Positions 7,659 to 18,302 of a DNA stretch of 59,733 nt are shown here, one piece after another. The stretch covers positions 1-59,733 of the forward strand of contig SFOF01000002.1 of assembly GCA_004552515.1 (NCBI GenBank), in the 5' to 3' direction. The notes beneath the pieces were generated by a model. The model worked only from the letters and a program-made list of their open reading frames with translations. It did no database searches and was not told where the DNA came from. Position numbers and translations under genes: made by a program. Positions within the stretch are counted from its first letter, which is position 1. Every line of letters begins with the position of its first letter. This DNA comes from Clostridiales bacterium. Its GTDB lineage: Bacteria; Bacillota; Clostridia; Christensenellales; Aristaeellaceae.

Positions 7659-10403
7659 CTAACGGCCCTTGCCGCAGCACTCCTTATACTTTTTGCCGCT
7701 GCCGCAGGGGCAGGGATCGTTGCGGCCGACCTTGGCGTCGGCGTGGACGGGCTGCCTGGCGCTCGACGCGCTCTCGCCGCCGTGAGAAGCGACCAGCTTC
7801 TGCTCCTCTTCCTTAGGCGGCTGCGGGGGCTGCTTGACCAGCGTGGCGAAGCACAGGCGGCGCAGCGTGTCCTCCTGAATGAGGTGCGTCATTTCCTCGA
7901 ACATCGCGTAGCCCTCGTGCTTGTATTCGACGATGGGGTCGCGCTGGCCGTAGGCGCGCAGGCCGATGCCCTCGCGCAGCTGATCCATCGCGTCAATGTG
8001 ATCCATCCAGCGGCGATCGACCGCGCTGAGCAGCACGACGCGCTCAAATTCGCGCATATCGATGCCGACCTCGGCGATCATCTTCTCGCGTTCGGCGTAG
8101 AATTCGTCGGCGGCTCCGATGATCATGCCCTCGAACGCCTTGCGGTTGATGTCCTTGGCCGGGCCGTAGAGCGCCTCGATCGTGCCACTCTTGAGGAAGA
8201 GATGCTCGAGATAGTCGCCCAGACCCTTCACATCCCAGTTGTCGGAATCGTCCTCGCCGGCGCAGAAGCGGGGCAGGGCCTCGTCGAGCAGCGCCTGGCG
8301 CATACTGAGGATGTTGGCGTGCATATCCTCGCCCATGAGCACCTCGCGGCGCTGGGAATAGATAACCTCGCGCTGCTGGTTCATTACGTCGTCGAACTGG
8401 AGCACGGTCTTGCGGATGCCGTAGTTGCGGCTCTCGACGCGCTTCTGGGCGTTCTCGATCTGATTGGACAGAAGCGAGTGCTCGATGGCCTGATCGTCGC
8501 CTACGCCCAGCTTTGCGATGATGGGCTGTATGCGATCCGAGCCGAAGAGACGCATCAGATCGTCGTCCATGGCGATGAAGAACTGGCTGGAGCCGGGGTC
8601 GCCCTGACGGCCCGCGCGACCGCGCAGCTGGTTGTCGATGCGGCGGGACTCATGGCGCTCGGTACCGATGATGTGCAGGCCGCCCAGCTTGACGACCTCC
8701 TCATGCTCCTTATCCGTCTCGGCCTTGAAGGCCTTGTAATATTCGTTGAACACGGCGCGCGCGTCGAGCACATCCTGGGAGACGTGCTCGTTATGCCCCA
8801 GCGCGTCCTCAATGACCTGCTCCTCATAGCCGGCCAGACGCATTTTCTGGCGCGCCATGAATTCGGCGTTGCCGCCCAGCAGGATGTCGGTGCCGCGGCC
8901 GGCCATGTTGGTGGAGATGGTCACCGCGTCCCGGCGGCCGGCCTGCGCGACGATCTCGGCTTCCTTTTCGTGGAACTTGGCGTTCAGAACGACGTGCTTC
9001 ACGCCGCGCAGCTCGAGCATTTTGCTCAGCAGCTCGCTCTTTTCGACCGATACCGTGCCCACGAGGATGGGCTGGCCGGTGGCGTGGCGGCGGATGATTT
9101 CCTCGACGACGGCGTTCCATTTGGCCTTCTGATTGAGGAAGACCAGATCGTTGAGATCCTTGCGGATCATGGGCTTGTTGGTGGGGATGGTCACCACGTC
9201 GAGATGATAGATGCCGCGGAATTCCTCCTCCTCCGTCTTGGCCGTGCCGGTCATGCCGGAGAGCTTTTTGTACATCCGGAAGAAGTTCTGGAAGGTGATC
9301 GTGGCCAGCGTCTTGCTCTCGCGCTCAACCTTGACCTTTTCCTTGGCCTCGATGGCCTGATGCAGGCCGTCCGAATAGCGGCGGCCCACCATCAATCGGC
9401 CGGTGAACTCGTCCACGATGACCACCTGGCCGTCCTTGACGACGTAATCCACGTCGCGCTTCATCATGACGTTGGCCTTGAGCGCCATCAGCACATGGTG
9501 ATAAAGCTCGATGTTGGCCGGATCGGTGAGGTTGTCCACGCCGAAATAGGCCTCGGCCTTGCGCACGCCCTTTTCGGTGAGGGAGGCGCTCTTCTGCTTT
9601 TCGTCGCGGATATAATCGCCCGATTCGGGATCGACCTCGCCGTTTTCGTCCTTCTCCAGCGCCTCGCTCAGGCGGGGGATGAAGCGATCGACGCGGTTGT
9701 ACATCTCGGTGGACTTTTCGCCCTGGCCGGAGATGATCAGCGGCGTGCGCGCCTCGTCGATGAGGATCGAGTCCACCTCATCGACAATGGCGAAGTTGAG
9801 CGGGCGCTGCACCAGCCGCTCCCTGCGGATGACCATGTTGTCGCGCAGATAGTCGAAGCCCAGCTCGTTATTGGTGGCGTAGGTGATGTCGGCGGCATAG
9901 GCCTTCTGGCGCGCCGCCGGATCCATGTCGTGCTCGATCAGGCCGACCGTCATGCCCATGAAGCGGTACACCTTGCCCATCCACTCGCTGTGGAAGCGGG
10001 CGAGGTATTCGTTGACGGTGACGATGTGTACGCCCTGGCCGGGGATGGCGTTCAGATAGGCGGGGAAGGTGGCGGTGAGCGTTTTGCCCTCGCCGGTTCT
10101 CATCTCGGCGATGCGGCCCTGATGCAGCGCGATTGCGCCCAGGAGCTGCGTATCGAACGCGCGCTGACCCAGCACGCGGGAGGCGGCCTCGCGCACGGCG
10201 GCGTAGGCCTCGCTCAGCAGCTGATCGAGCGTCTCGCCCGCCGCATAGCGCTCGCGGAAGACGGCGGTCATGCCGCCCAGCTCCTCGTCGCTCAGCGCGT
10301 GGAATTTAGGCTCAAGCTCGTTGATCTGTTTAACGGTGGCGCTCAGGCGCGCGATTTCCTTTTCATTCGAGCTGCCCAGCCACTTTTTCAAAAATCCGAA
10401 CAT
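7659..10403 (-). CDS. secA: Preprotein translocase ATPase SecA
   Basis: The 914-aa product has DEAD-like motor motifs ([28 protein letters not shown]) and a C-terminal zinc finger ([14 protein letters not shown]). Confidence 0.98.
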   Translation of the reverse strand: MFGFLKKWLGSSNEKEIARLSATVKQINELEPKFHALSDEELGGMTAVFRERYAAGETLDQLLSEAYAAVREAASRVLGQRAFDTQLLGAIALHQGRIAEMRTGEGKTLTATFPAYLNAIPGQGVHIVTVNEYLARFHSEWMGKVYRFMGMTVGLIEHDMDPAARQKAYAADITYATNNELGFDYLRDNMVIRRERLVQRPLNFAIVDEVDSILIDEARTPLIISGQGEKSTEMYNRVDRFIPRLSEALEKDENGEVDPESGDYIRDEKQKSASLTEKGVRKAEAYFGVDNLTDPANIELYHHVLMALKANVMMKRDVDYVVKDGQVVIVDEFTGRLMVGRRYSDGLHQAIEAKEKVKVERESKTLATITFQNFFRMYKKLSGMTGTAKTEEEEFRGIYHLDVVTIPTNKPMIRKDLNDLVFLNQKAKWNAVVEEIIRRHATGQPILVGTVSVEKSELLSKMLELRGVKHVVLNAKFHEKEAEIVAQAGRRDAVTISTNMAGRGTDILLGGNAEFMARQKMRLAGYEEQVIEDALGHNEHVSQDVLDARAVFNEYYKAFKAETDKEHEEVVKLGGLHIIGTERHESRRIDNQLRGRAGRQGDPGSSQFFIAMDDDLMRLFGSDRIQPIIAKLGVGDDQAIEHSLLSNQIENAQKRVESRNYGIRKTVLQFDDVMNQQREVIYSQRREVLMGEDMHANILSMRQALLDEALPRFCAGEDDSDNWDVKGLGDYLEHLFLKSGTIEALYGPAKDINRKAFEGMIIGAADEFYAEREKMIAEVGIDMREFERVVLLSAVDRRWMDHIDAMDQLREGIGLRAYGQRDPIVEYKHEGYAMFEEMTHLIQEDTLRRLCFATLVKQPPQPPKEEEQKLVASHGGESASSARQPVHADAKVGRNDPCPCGSGKKYKECCGKGR

Positions 10404-10427
10404 GACAGACCTCCATATTTGTGCTTC

Positions 10428-10475
10428 AAAAAACCGGATACGCGCGGAAAGGCGATCGCACGCCCCGCGCGCCGG
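10428..10475 (-). terminator. Terminator-like hairpin plus U6 inside the secA leader
   Basis: The minus-strand RNA reads ccggcgcgcgg-(17 nt)-ccgcgcgtatccgg-UUUUUU. It ends 25 nt before the secA ATG and lies downstream of the predicted promoter at 10498-10526. Confidence 0.45.
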
Positions 10476-10497
10476 AGCAGACCTTATGATTCATTTA

Positions 10498-10526
10498 ATT
10501 TTACCATATTATGCGCGGAGACGCAA
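10498..10526 (-). promoter_or_regulatory. Sigma-A type promoter, TTGCGT-N17-TAAAAT (minus strand)
   Basis: The reverse complement of 10521-10526 is ttgcgt and that of 10498-10503 is taaaat, separated by a 17-nt spacer. Confidence 0.45.
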
Positions 10527-10573
10527 GATAAAACGTGTTATATTGGATGCCATTGCGCGCGCTCCTGTGATTA

Positions 10574-11386
10574 TTATACGTCGCCCAGGCGGCGGCGATA
10601 CCGGCCGGGCGTTATGCCCATATGCTTTTTGAACGCGCGGCTGAAGTAGTACAGGCTCGAAAAGCCGCACATTTCCGCCGTCTCGGACACGGAGTAATCG
10701 CCCTCGGCCCGCAGCAGATCGCACGCGCGCTCAAGGCGCAGGCGCATGAGATATTCCGAGGGCGCGCAGCCGTACGCCTCGCGAAAGACGCGGCGGAACT
10801 GCACGGGGCTTAAATACGCCTCCGCCGCCAGCGCCTCCACGCGCAGCGAGGGATCGTCCAGCCGCGCGCGCATGAGCCGCATCGCCGCGGCCAGCCGGTC
10901 GCCCCGCGCGCCGGAGAGCGCCGCCGCCGACTGATCGCGCACCATCATGGCAATCAGGCGCAAAAGCAGCGCCCGGCACACCATGCGGTAGCCCGGCTCC
11001 CTGTCCAGCCAGCAGGCCGCCATGCGCGAGAACAGCTCGAGCGCCGCGGCGGGATCGCGCGCGGGGCAGACGTCGGGCAGGCCCAGCGCCGAAAGATCGC
11101 CGGGATGGGCCGTTTCAAAGTCGGCATAGACGAAGGTATACGTTTCCTCGCCCAACTGCCGCCCCTGATAGCGGCTGCTTTTGTGCAGAAAGAACAGATC
11201 GCCCGGCTTGACATCAAAGCGCCGCCCGTCGGTAAAGCGGTATTCCGCCCGTCCGGATTTGACGTAGATCAGCCCCTGCGAGTGCCGGGGCGGCGTTTCC
11301 AGCTTCAGCCAGCGGGGCGACGCGCCGTGCATGGCCAGCAGCATATCGGTGATCACCAGATCGACGTTGGGATTCATGCGCTTCAC
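10574..11386 (-). CDS. AraC family transcriptional regulator (cupin sensor plus HTH)
   Basis: The 270-aa product has a C-terminal AraC HTH (VEALAAEAYLSPVQFRRVFREAYGCAPSEYLMRLRLERA...CGFSSLYYFSRAFKKHMGITP). Confidence 0.85.
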   Translation of the reverse strand: MKRMNPNVDLVITDMLLAMHGASPRWLKLETPPRHSQGLIYVKSGRAEYRFTDGRRFDVKPGDLFFLHKSSRYQGRQLGEETYTFVYADFETAHPGDLSALGLPDVCPARDPAAALELFSRMAACWLDREPGYRMVCRALLLRLIAMMVRDQSAAALSGARGDRLAAAMRLMRARLDDPSLRVEALAAEAYLSPVQFRRVFREAYGCAPSEYLMRLRLERACDLLRAEGDYSVSETAEMCGFSSLYYFSRAFKKHMGITPGRYRRRLGDV

Positions 11387-11477
11387 CTCTCAGCCAGTAT
11401 AGCACGGGGCGTGCGCGGATTCAATATCTGAGCGCGGTGCATGATCGATTTGTACAAATTTATGGTTGAAAAGCGCA

Positions 11478-11506
11478 TTGCGCGGCGGCGGGGCGCGGGC
11501 TATAAT
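11478..11506 (+). promoter_or_regulatory. Sigma-A type promoter, TTGCGC-N17-TATAAT, upstream of the glycyl-radical enzyme gene
   Basis: ttgcgc lies at 11478-11483 and tataat at 11501-11506. The RBS gggagga precedes ATG 11539. Confidence 0.5.
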
Positions 11507-11538
11507 GGACACAGCTTGAAGCGCCGGGAGGATATTTT

Positions 11539-13749
11539 ATGGACAGGATGTTTGAAGGAGATCGCGCGCTGCTGGATCGTCAGTATGATTGCGTTTGCTA
11601 TGATCCCGAGACGGGGCTTTCGCGGGACGAGCTGCGCGCTGAGGCCGGCGCGCTTGAGGAGCGCCTTTCGGGTGAAGCGCCCATCCGCGTCAAGGCGGCG
11701 CTGTTCAAACTGACGCTGGAAAACGCACGCATCCATGTGGACGAATTCGACTGGATCGCCGATCACATCGACTATGGCGATACCCTCTCCGATCTGCGCG
11801 GCCGGCAGTGGACGGACAGCGGCCTGAAGGCGATTGGCGCGCCGATCGATCCGCTGGCCGAATCGGGCCTTCTGACCGCCGGACTGGATATATCGCACAC
11901 GTCGCCGGACTGGGCGCGGCTGCTGGCGCTGGGCCTTTATGGCCTGCAAAGCGCCGCCGAAACACGCAGGGAACAGCTTGCCGCCGAAAACGCGCTGACC
12001 ACGCGCCGCCGCGATTTTCTGGACAGCGTGATTATGGTCTACGGCGCGATGCGCACGCTCTGCCGCCGGTTGAGCGCGCAGGCCGGAAAGGAGGCCGCGC
12101 GCCATCCCGGGGACGCGGAGCGCCTGCGAGCCGTCTCCGCGGCGCTTGAGCGCATCGCCGATCATCCGCCCCAGACGCTGCACGAGGCCATGCAGCTGGC
12201 CTATATCTATCACGAATGTCAGGAATTCGAGGGCGAGCCGGTGCGCTCGATGGGCGGCTTCGACCGGCTCTACAGCCGCTTTTATGAGGGTGATCTCGCG
12301 GCGGGGCGGCTGACGCGCGATCAGGCGAAGGAGCTGATCAAATACTTCTTCAACAAGTTCTATGCCCGCACGCAGGACAGGGCCAACGGCAAGAATTTCT
12401 ACTTCGGCGGCGAGCTGCCGGACGGGGAGAGCGCCGTGAACGATTTGTCCTATCTTGCGCTCGAGGCGTATCGGGAGATGCGCACGGTCAATCCCAAGCT
12501 GTCTGTGCGCGTATCGGACAATACGCCGCAGGATTTCGTCGCGCTGGCGGCCGACTGCATCCGCGATGGCTGCTCGGGCATTGTGTTCTGCAACGACAGA
12601 TCAATCATCGAGACGATGATGAAATTCGGCAAGACGCGGGAGGACGCGCGGCGCTATGTGCCCATCGGCTGCTACGAACCCGCTGCCGAGGGGCTTGAGA
12701 TGAACCGCTCCGTTTCCGCGACGGTCAATCTGCCCAAGCTGGTCGAGCTGGCGCTGAACGACGGCTTTGATCCGGTATACGGGCGGCAGAGCGGCCCGCG
12801 CACGGGGCTGGATTTCGGCAGCTACGCCGAGTTTGAAGAGGCGTTTTTCCGGCAGGCGGATTATGTCCTCGATCTGGCGATGGATCAGATCCGAAAATCG
12901 GAGGGCTGCTGGCCGCGCTTCAATCCCTCGCCGGTGCTGTCGGGCACAATGGCGCCCTGCCTGGACACGGCGCGCGACGTGAGCCGCGGCGGCGCGAAAT
13001 ACAACAACGCCGGCATCGTCTGCGGCAGCCTGGGCACGGCGGTCGATGCGCTGATCGCCGTCAAAAGACTGGTGTTTGAGGAAAAGCGGCTGACGCTCGC
13101 CGCGCTGCGCGATATTCTCAGGAGCGACTGGGAGGATAACCCGCGCCTGCGCCTGATCGCGCTCAAAAAGCTGCCCAAATGGGGCAACGGCGATCCCGAG
13201 GCCGATGAAATCGCCCGCCGGCTGAACGCGCGCCTTTCCGCCTGCGTCAACGGCCAGCCCAACACGCTGGGCGGCGTTTTCCAGCTGGCGCAGTTCTCCA
13301 TCGACTACACCGTGCGCTTCGGCAGGAGCTGCGGCGCGACCCCCGACGGACGCAGAAGGGGCGAGATGACCAGCAAGAACCTCGCCGCCGTGACGGCCAT
13401 GGACCGGCGCGGCGTGACGGCGATGATCGAATCGGCGGGGCGGCTCGATCAGACGCAGTTCCCGGACGGCGCGGTGCTGGACTGCATCCTCCACCCCTCG
13501 GCGGTGCGCGGGGCGGAGGGACTCAGGGCGTTTGTGCGGCTGATAGAGACATATTTCGAGCTGGGCGGGCTGTGCATACAGTTTAATGTGTTCGACGCGG
13601 CCACGCTGCGGGCGGCGCAGGAGAATCCCGAAAAATACGCGTCGCTTCAGGTGCGCGTGTGCGGCTGGAATGTGTTCTTCAATCATCTGAGCCGCGCCGA
13701 GCAGGACGAATTCATCCGCCAGGCCGAACACGAGGAGGGAATCCGATGA
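11539..13749 (+). CDS. Glycyl radical enzyme, PFL2/glycerol-dehydratase-like (eliminase-type Cys-x-Glu loop), substrate unknown
   Basis: The 736-aa product has the C-terminal glycyl-radical motif LQVRVCGWNVFFNHLS and the catalytic loop VPIGCYEPAAEG. Confidence 0.85.
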   Translation: MDRMFEGDRALLDRQYDCVCYDPETGLSRDELRAEAGALEERLSGEAPIRVKAALFKLTLENARIHVDEFDWIADHIDYGDTLSDLRGRQWTDSGLKAIGAPIDPLAESGLLTAGLDISHTSPDWARLLALGLYGLQSAAETRREQLAAENALTTRRRDFLDSVIMVYGAMRTLCRRLSAQAGKEAARHPGDAERLRAVSAALERIADHPPQTLHEAMQLAYIYHECQEFEGEPVRSMGGFDRLYSRFYEGDLAAGRLTRDQAKELIKYFFNKFYARTQDRANGKNFYFGGELPDGESAVNDLSYLALEAYREMRTVNPKLSVRVSDNTPQDFVALAADCIRDGCSGIVFCNDRSIIETMMKFGKTREDARRYVPIGCYEPAAEGLEMNRSVSATVNLPKLVELALNDGFDPVYGRQSGPRTGLDFGSYAEFEEAFFRQADYVLDLAMDQIRKSEGCWPRFNPSPVLSGTMAPCLDTARDVSRGGAKYNNAGIVCGSLGTAVDALIAVKRLVFEEKRLTLAALRDILRSDWEDNPRLRLIALKKLPKWGNGDPEADEIARRLNARLSACVNGQPNTLGGVFQLAQFSIDYTVRFGRSCGATPDGRRRGEMTSKNLAAVTAMDRRGVTAMIESAGRLDQTQFPDGAVLDCILHPSAVRGAEGLRAFVRLIETYFELGGLCIQFNVFDAATLRAAQENPEKYASLQVRVCGWNVFFNHLSRAEQDEFIRQAEHEEGIR

Positions 13750-14309
13750 CGCTGGAGCAGGAGCTTTTGGCCTATCAGCCCGTTAACGAGCAGGAGGCGC
13801 GCGATCTGCCGAAAATGGTCGCCTTTCTGCGCGAGGGCAAAACGCCCTTCGACCGCGCCAACGAGACGGCGCACTTCACCGCCTCGGCCTGGGTGATTGG
13901 CCGCGAGACGGGGCGGGTGCTGCTCATCTATCACAACATCTATCGGTCGTGGGCGTGGACGGGCGGCCATGCCGACGGCGAAACGGATCTGCGCGCCGTC
14001 GCCCGGCGGGAGGCCATGGAGGAGAGCGGTGTGAGCGGCCTGCGCGATCTGGGGGACGGCCCGCTGTCGATCGAAATTCTGACCGTCAACGGCCATGAAA
14101 AGCGCGGGCGGTACGTCCCGTCGCATCTGCACTACAACGTGACCTATCTCTTCGAGGCGGACGACCGGCAGGCCGTGCATATGAAGCCGGACGAGAACAG
14201 CGGCGCGGGCTGGTTTGCGCCCGAGGACGCGCTCGCCGCCGTCTCGGAGACGTGGATGCGGGAACGCATCTATCCCAAGCTGATCGCCAAAACGGCGCGG
14301 CTGAAATAG
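13746..14309 (+). CDS. NUDIX hydrolase
   Basis: The Nudix box is GGHADGETDLRAVARREAMEESGV. Its ATG overlaps the GRE stop as ATGA (13746-13749). I chose the internal start of ORF 13659..14309 (MTLEQELL). Confidence 0.85.
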   Translation: MTLEQELLAYQPVNEQEARDLPKMVAFLREGKTPFDRANETAHFTASAWVIGRETGRVLLIYHNIYRSWAWTGGHADGETDLRAVARREAMEESGVSGLRDLGDGPLSIEILTVNGHEKRGRYVPSHLHYNVTYLFEADDRQAVHMKPDENSGAGWFAPEDALAAVSETWMRERIYPKLIAKTARLK

Positions 14310-14445
14310 CGCATGAGCCAAAATCACACTCTCCGCTTTGCAAATCCTCTGCTCGGGGATGCGGCTTCATGACCTTTGCTCAAGCGCTTTTTCATAACTC
14401 TCCGGCTGAACGGACGGGTTTATAACGCCTGTTCGGCCGCCATAC

Positions 14446-14484
14446 AAAAAACTCCGGCCGGACGCGAAATCCGGTCGGAGTTTT
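14446..14484. terminator. Bidirectional terminator between the NUDIX and PHP genes
   Basis: An A5 run is followed by actccggccgga (14451-14462) paired with tccggtcggagt (14470-14481) and then TTTT. Confidence 0.65.
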
Positions 14485-14495
14485 CTAAGGCGCGG

Positions 14496-15299
14496 TTATG
14501 CGCGCTCGATATGGAATTTGTCGCTCTCCTGAAGGCCGAGCCGGTCGATGGCGCGCTCGAATATCGCGCGGCAGCCGGCAAAGGCCGCCGGATGATGTGC
14601 GTCGCTGCCGCAGTAGAACTTGCAGCCGCAGCTCTTCGCGATTCGGAACGGACGCAGCACGATATCCTCCTCCGCGTCGGAGAACTTCATGTCGTCGGAA
14701 TTCAGCTCGATGCCCACGCCCAGAGCCGCCGCCTTTGAAAACAGCCGCTCCAGCTCGGCCTCGGGCAGCGCGTTCATCACGGCGAGATACAGATCGCGCT
14801 TCGGGGCGATCAGGCCGCACGCCAGATGCGCGATGCCGATCTTGTGGAAGGGCAGATTCTTATCGAGCAGGCCGTCCAGACGGCTGAGCCAGCATTTTGC
14901 GCGCCCCTCGACCGTCTGCGCGTCCTCGTCGGAGATGGTGAAGCCCACCATGTGCAGGTGCGTCGTGGGGATGATCACAAAGTCGAAGCGATCGAAATGC
15001 TCCCTCGCAACGCCCACCGTCATGAATTTGTCCATGTCCGTCTCGCAGCCGAAGAGAAACTCGGTTTTTTCATCCTGCGGCAGCGGCTTGGCGCGGCTGA
15101 TCCAGGCGTAATTCTGCTTCTGATACCAGTCGGACGCGCCGCTCACCGTCTCGTCCCAGAAATGATCGGTCAGGCAGATCGTGTGAAGGCCGTTTTCCCG
15201 CGCGTAGCTCAGGATGCGCTCGGGGGTCTGCGCGGGGTCGCTCGAGCAGAGGGAAATCCGCGAATGAATATGATAATCGTGATCGAAAGCGAATTTCAT
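14496..15299 (-). CDS. PHP (polymerase/histidinol phosphatase) domain phosphoesterase
   Basis: The N-terminus is MKFAFDHDYHIHSRISLCS...ICLTDHFWD. I chose the ATG at 15299, preceded by GAGGTG. Confidence 0.65.
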   Translation of the reverse strand: MKFAFDHDYHIHSRISLCSSDPAQTPERILSYARENGLHTICLTDHFWDETVSGASDWYQKQNYAWISRAKPLPQDEKTEFLFGCETDMDKFMTVGVAREHFDRFDFVIIPTTHLHMVGFTISDEDAQTVEGRAKCWLSRLDGLLDKNLPFHKIGIAHLACGLIAPKRDLYLAVMNALPEAELERLFSKAAALGVGIELNSDDMKFSDAEEDIVLRPFRIAKSCGCKFYCGSDAHHPAAFAGCRAIFERAIDRLGLQESDKFHIERA

Positions 15300-15321
15300 G
15301 ACATTCACCTCACAAGCGGGT

Positions 15322-16290
15322 TTACAGCGAGATGGGGAACCATTCCGCAGGCATATCGGGATACAGCGCGCGGCTGAGCGGCGAGAACATCAGATCCTGC
15401 GCCTGCATTTTCGTCAGCATCGGCGCGGCGGCGGGATCGCCCGGCTCGACGGTCGCTTTGCCATCCTTGCAGACCATATGCCACGCCTCGCCCTCGACGT
15501 TCAGCGTGGCTTCGCCGTCGGGCAGCAGACCGGCGGCGGCTCTCAGGCCGAGTCCGGCCAGCAGCACGCGGTCGAAATGATAGACGCGATACTGCATGGT
15601 GGTTTGCAGCGTGGTGTTTTCACAGAACGCGCCGACCGCCCTCAGACACGCCGTCTCATAGGGCGCGACGGACAGACGCAGGCTGTCCGCGCCGGTCGCG
15701 TTCAAATACGCGGCGCAGGCGTCGGCGGCGAGCGAATAATCGTCCAGCGTCAGGCGACCGCCGTTCAGCGTGCCATGCTGAACGCCCTCCCCGTCGAGCA
15801 GCCTTCCATCCTGCCAGATCAGGCGCGGCGCGGCTTCGCCCAGCGTGTGGCGGATGTTGGTGGGCGTGACGTCGAGCATATAGCGGACGTTGCCCTGCGT
15901 GTAGCCGAAATACTGATAGCGCTGGCGCAGGCCGTTCAGCTCGGCGTAGTCGTAGCCCGCGGCGGCCATGTCCTCGTCGGCCATGCGCATGAGATGCTTC
16001 ATGTGCCCCTCGCCGCGCTCGTAGGGATGCACCGACACCTGTCCGATGTGGGCGCGCGTGAGGTGAACGCCGGCGCAGTCGCTCTCGCGCTTTGAGACGG
16101 ACAGCGTGGCCTTGATGCGCCCGTCGCGCACGGCGACGTAATGCTCCTTCCAGAAGGGATAATCGCCGCCGTACATGGCGGGATTGAACTTCTTGAAGTC
16201 GTGCGGCCGATGCGCCTGGCTGAACACATAGTTGATGAAATCCAGGATGTCGGCGGCCTCCTCGGCGCGCGCCTTTCGGTATTCGAGCAT
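15322..16290 (-). CDS. GNAT family N-acetyltransferase, Eis-like (GNAT plus C-terminal SCP2-like region)
   Basis: The 322-aa product has an acetyl-CoA pocket-like segment (IGQVSVHPYERGEGHMKHLMRMA). The RBS ggggagga lies upstream. Confidence 0.55.
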   Translation of the reverse strand: MLEYRKARAEEAADILDFINYVFSQAHRPHDFKKFNPAMYGGDYPFWKEHYVAVRDGRIKATLSVSKRESDCAGVHLTRAHIGQVSVHPYERGEGHMKHLMRMADEDMAAAGYDYAELNGLRQRYQYFGYTQGNVRYMLDVTPTNIRHTLGEAAPRLIWQDGRLLDGEGVQHGTLNGGRLTLDDYSLAADACAAYLNATGADSLRLSVAPYETACLRAVGAFCENTTLQTTMQYRVYHFDRVLLAGLGLRAAAGLLPDGEATLNVEGEAWHMVCKDGKATVEPGDPAAAPMLTKMQAQDLMFSPLSRALYPDMPAEWFPISL

Positions 16291-16310
16291 GATTTGTTCC
16301 TCCCCATGAT

Positions 16311-17084
16311 TTATAATTGAGCGGCGTCCCCGTCGTTCAATATTTGTGCGTTTATCCCGTCCAGGTCATTCAGGCGCGCCTGCACGCCCTCGGGGTCGGC
16401 CAGTATCGTGCGGCCGTGATGGATGAAGCCCAGCCTTTTCGGCGCGCGGCCCGATTCGGCCAGACGCCGCGCGGCGGCGAGGGGATCGTGATGCCCCGTC
16501 TCGTGGAGCAGAAGATCGCAATTCTCCAGCAGCGGCGCATAGTCGTCATAGCCGCCGGTATCGCCGGTGTAGACCAGCTTTTTTCCGTCCGCCTCCACTG
16601 AAAAGCCGAACGCGCGCCAGCCGTACTGCGCGTCATGGCCCATGTGGGACGTGTGCAGCGCCGTTACGCGCAGGCCGTCCTCGTCGTAGATCACGCCGTC
16701 AGAAATATCGCGAATATCCAGATTAAATTTGCATTGAAAGCCGCCCTCGCTCAGCGAAAGCAGCGCGGAAATCGCCGGCCAGGCGCGGCGATCGGGCAGA
16801 TACAACCGCACGGTTTTTCCGGCCAGCCGCCCCTGACGGCTGTCCAGCTTGCGCAGCGTCCAGAGCAGATTGGGCAGCCCGCCGATGTGATCCATATGCG
16901 TGTGGCTTATAAAAATCGCGCGCGTAGAGAGCAGATCGAGCCCGGCAAGATGCGCTGTGCGCGAGCAGCCCTCGCCCGCGTCGAACCAGTACAGTGCGTC
17001 CGCCCGCTCGAGCGTGAAGGATGTGTGCCGGCGCTCCGGCATGGGCTCCGTGCCCGAGCAGGAGCCGAGGATGCGGATGTTCAT
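16311..17084 (-). CDS. MBL-fold metallo-hydrolase
   Basis: The HxHxDH motif is SHTHMDHIGG. The start is ATG 17084 (MNIRILGSCSG) with GGAGGGA upstream. Confidence 0.75.
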   Translation of the reverse strand: MNIRILGSCSGTEPMPERRHTSFTLERADALYWFDAGEGCSRTAHLAGLDLLSTRAIFISHTHMDHIGGLPNLLWTLRKLDSRQGRLAGKTVRLYLPDRRAWPAISALLSLSEGGFQCKFNLDIRDISDGVIYDEDGLRVTALHTSHMGHDAQYGWRAFGFSVEADGKKLVYTGDTGGYDDYAPLLENCDLLLHETGHHDPLAAARRLAESGRAPKRLGFIHHGRTILADPEGVQARLNDLDGINAQILNDGDAAQL

Positions 17085-17230
17085 GGCGCTCCCTCCAAAT
17101 GAATTGACGTTTATGACAGCATACACCATCCCGCCGCCGATTGCAAGACGCGGCGCGGCATTTTTTTACCATTGCGGCTTTTTATGGTATTTTCATGCCG
17201 GAAATCGGCGGGCGCGGGGCGTTTTTACTA

Positions 17231-17260
17231 TTGTCCCCGCTCGGCGCGTTATGCTATAAT
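17231..17260 (+). promoter_or_regulatory. Sigma-A type promoter, TTGTCC-N18-(TGc)TATAAT
   Basis: ttgtcc lies at 17231-17236 and an extended -10 (tgctataat) ends at 17260, upstream of the nitroreductase gene. Confidence 0.45.
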
Positions 17261-17307
17261 GAAGGCCGAAAATAACGATCCGTCAGGGCAAAGGAGAATG
17301 AAACGGC

Positions 17308-18027
17308 ATGGATCTGCTCACCGCCATTTCCGTACGGCGCTCCCGCCGCCACTATATCGACGAGCCGATGACCTCGATCCTCTGCGATAAGCTGCGCGCC
17401 GAGGCGGGCCGGCTGAACGCCGAAAGCGGGCTGGATATGCGCCTCGTTACCGACCGGCACGAGCTGTTCAGGGGCGGCTTCGGGCTGTTTCAGGGCGCGC
17501 GCAACGCCTTTCTGCTCGCGGGGCCGTCGGATAATCCTGATCTGGCCGAGCAGTGCGGCTACTGGGGCGAGAGGCTCGTCCTCTTCGCGACGACGATGAA
17601 TCTGGGAACCTGCTGGGTCGCCGCGACGTTCAACCGCGCGCTGGCCGAGACGCTGATTCCCGCGGGCGAGCGGCTGGCGTGCGCGATCGCCGTGGGGCTG
17701 GTCAAAGATGAGATGAGCGTGCGCGAGAGCGTTCAGTACCGCCTGATCCACCGATCCTGCAAGCCAATTGGCGCGCTCTGCCGCTATGACCGTCCCAGCG
17801 AGCGCTTCACAGCGGGCATGGAGGCCGTGCGGCTCGCGCCCTCGGCGATGAACCGCCAGCCGGTGTTCTTTGAATTGAAAAGCGGCGCTGTGACGGCGCG
17901 CGTGTCGCCCTCGGCGTGGGGGCCGGTCGATCTGGGCATCGCCAAGGCGCATTTCGAGCTGGCCGCCGGGCCGGGGCGCTGGGCGTGGGGCAGCGGCGCG
18001 GCGTTTGACAGCGGCGAGCCGTTCTGA
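17308..18027 (+). CDS. Nitroreductase family protein
   Basis: The N-terminus is MDLLTAISVRRSRRHY, followed by APSAMNRQPV. The RBS aaggaga lies upstream. Confidence 0.75.
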   Translation: MDLLTAISVRRSRRHYIDEPMTSILCDKLRAEAGRLNAESGLDMRLVTDRHELFRGGFGLFQGARNAFLLAGPSDNPDLAEQCGYWGERLVLFATTMNLGTCWVAATFNRALAETLIPAGERLACAIAVGLVKDEMSVRESVQYRLIHRSCKPIGALCRYDRPSERFTAGMEAVRLAPSAMNRQPVFFELKSGAVTARVSPSAWGPVDLGIAKAHFELAAGPGRWAWGSGAAFDSGEPF

Positions 18028-18302
18028 CGCTTGCGGGCCGGCTTTTCCGGAGCGTAAGCGGATCGACTTTATCCATAAGAGCGCGGCGCTTGAATTTCAC
18101 GAACCCGGCCGCCGCGATCTTCGGGCGGAGCCTTGGATCCGCACAGGCCTTTTCCCGGTTCCCGAGACGGACGCGGAACGTCCCGACGGGGAAAATCGAG
18201 AGCATTGAAACGCAGACATTCTGAAAATCGCCGCTCTGCGCGCTTCTGAGGCGCGGCGCGGCCGGGACATTTCGGCAAAAGGTATTTCAAGGAGATATGA
18301 AT

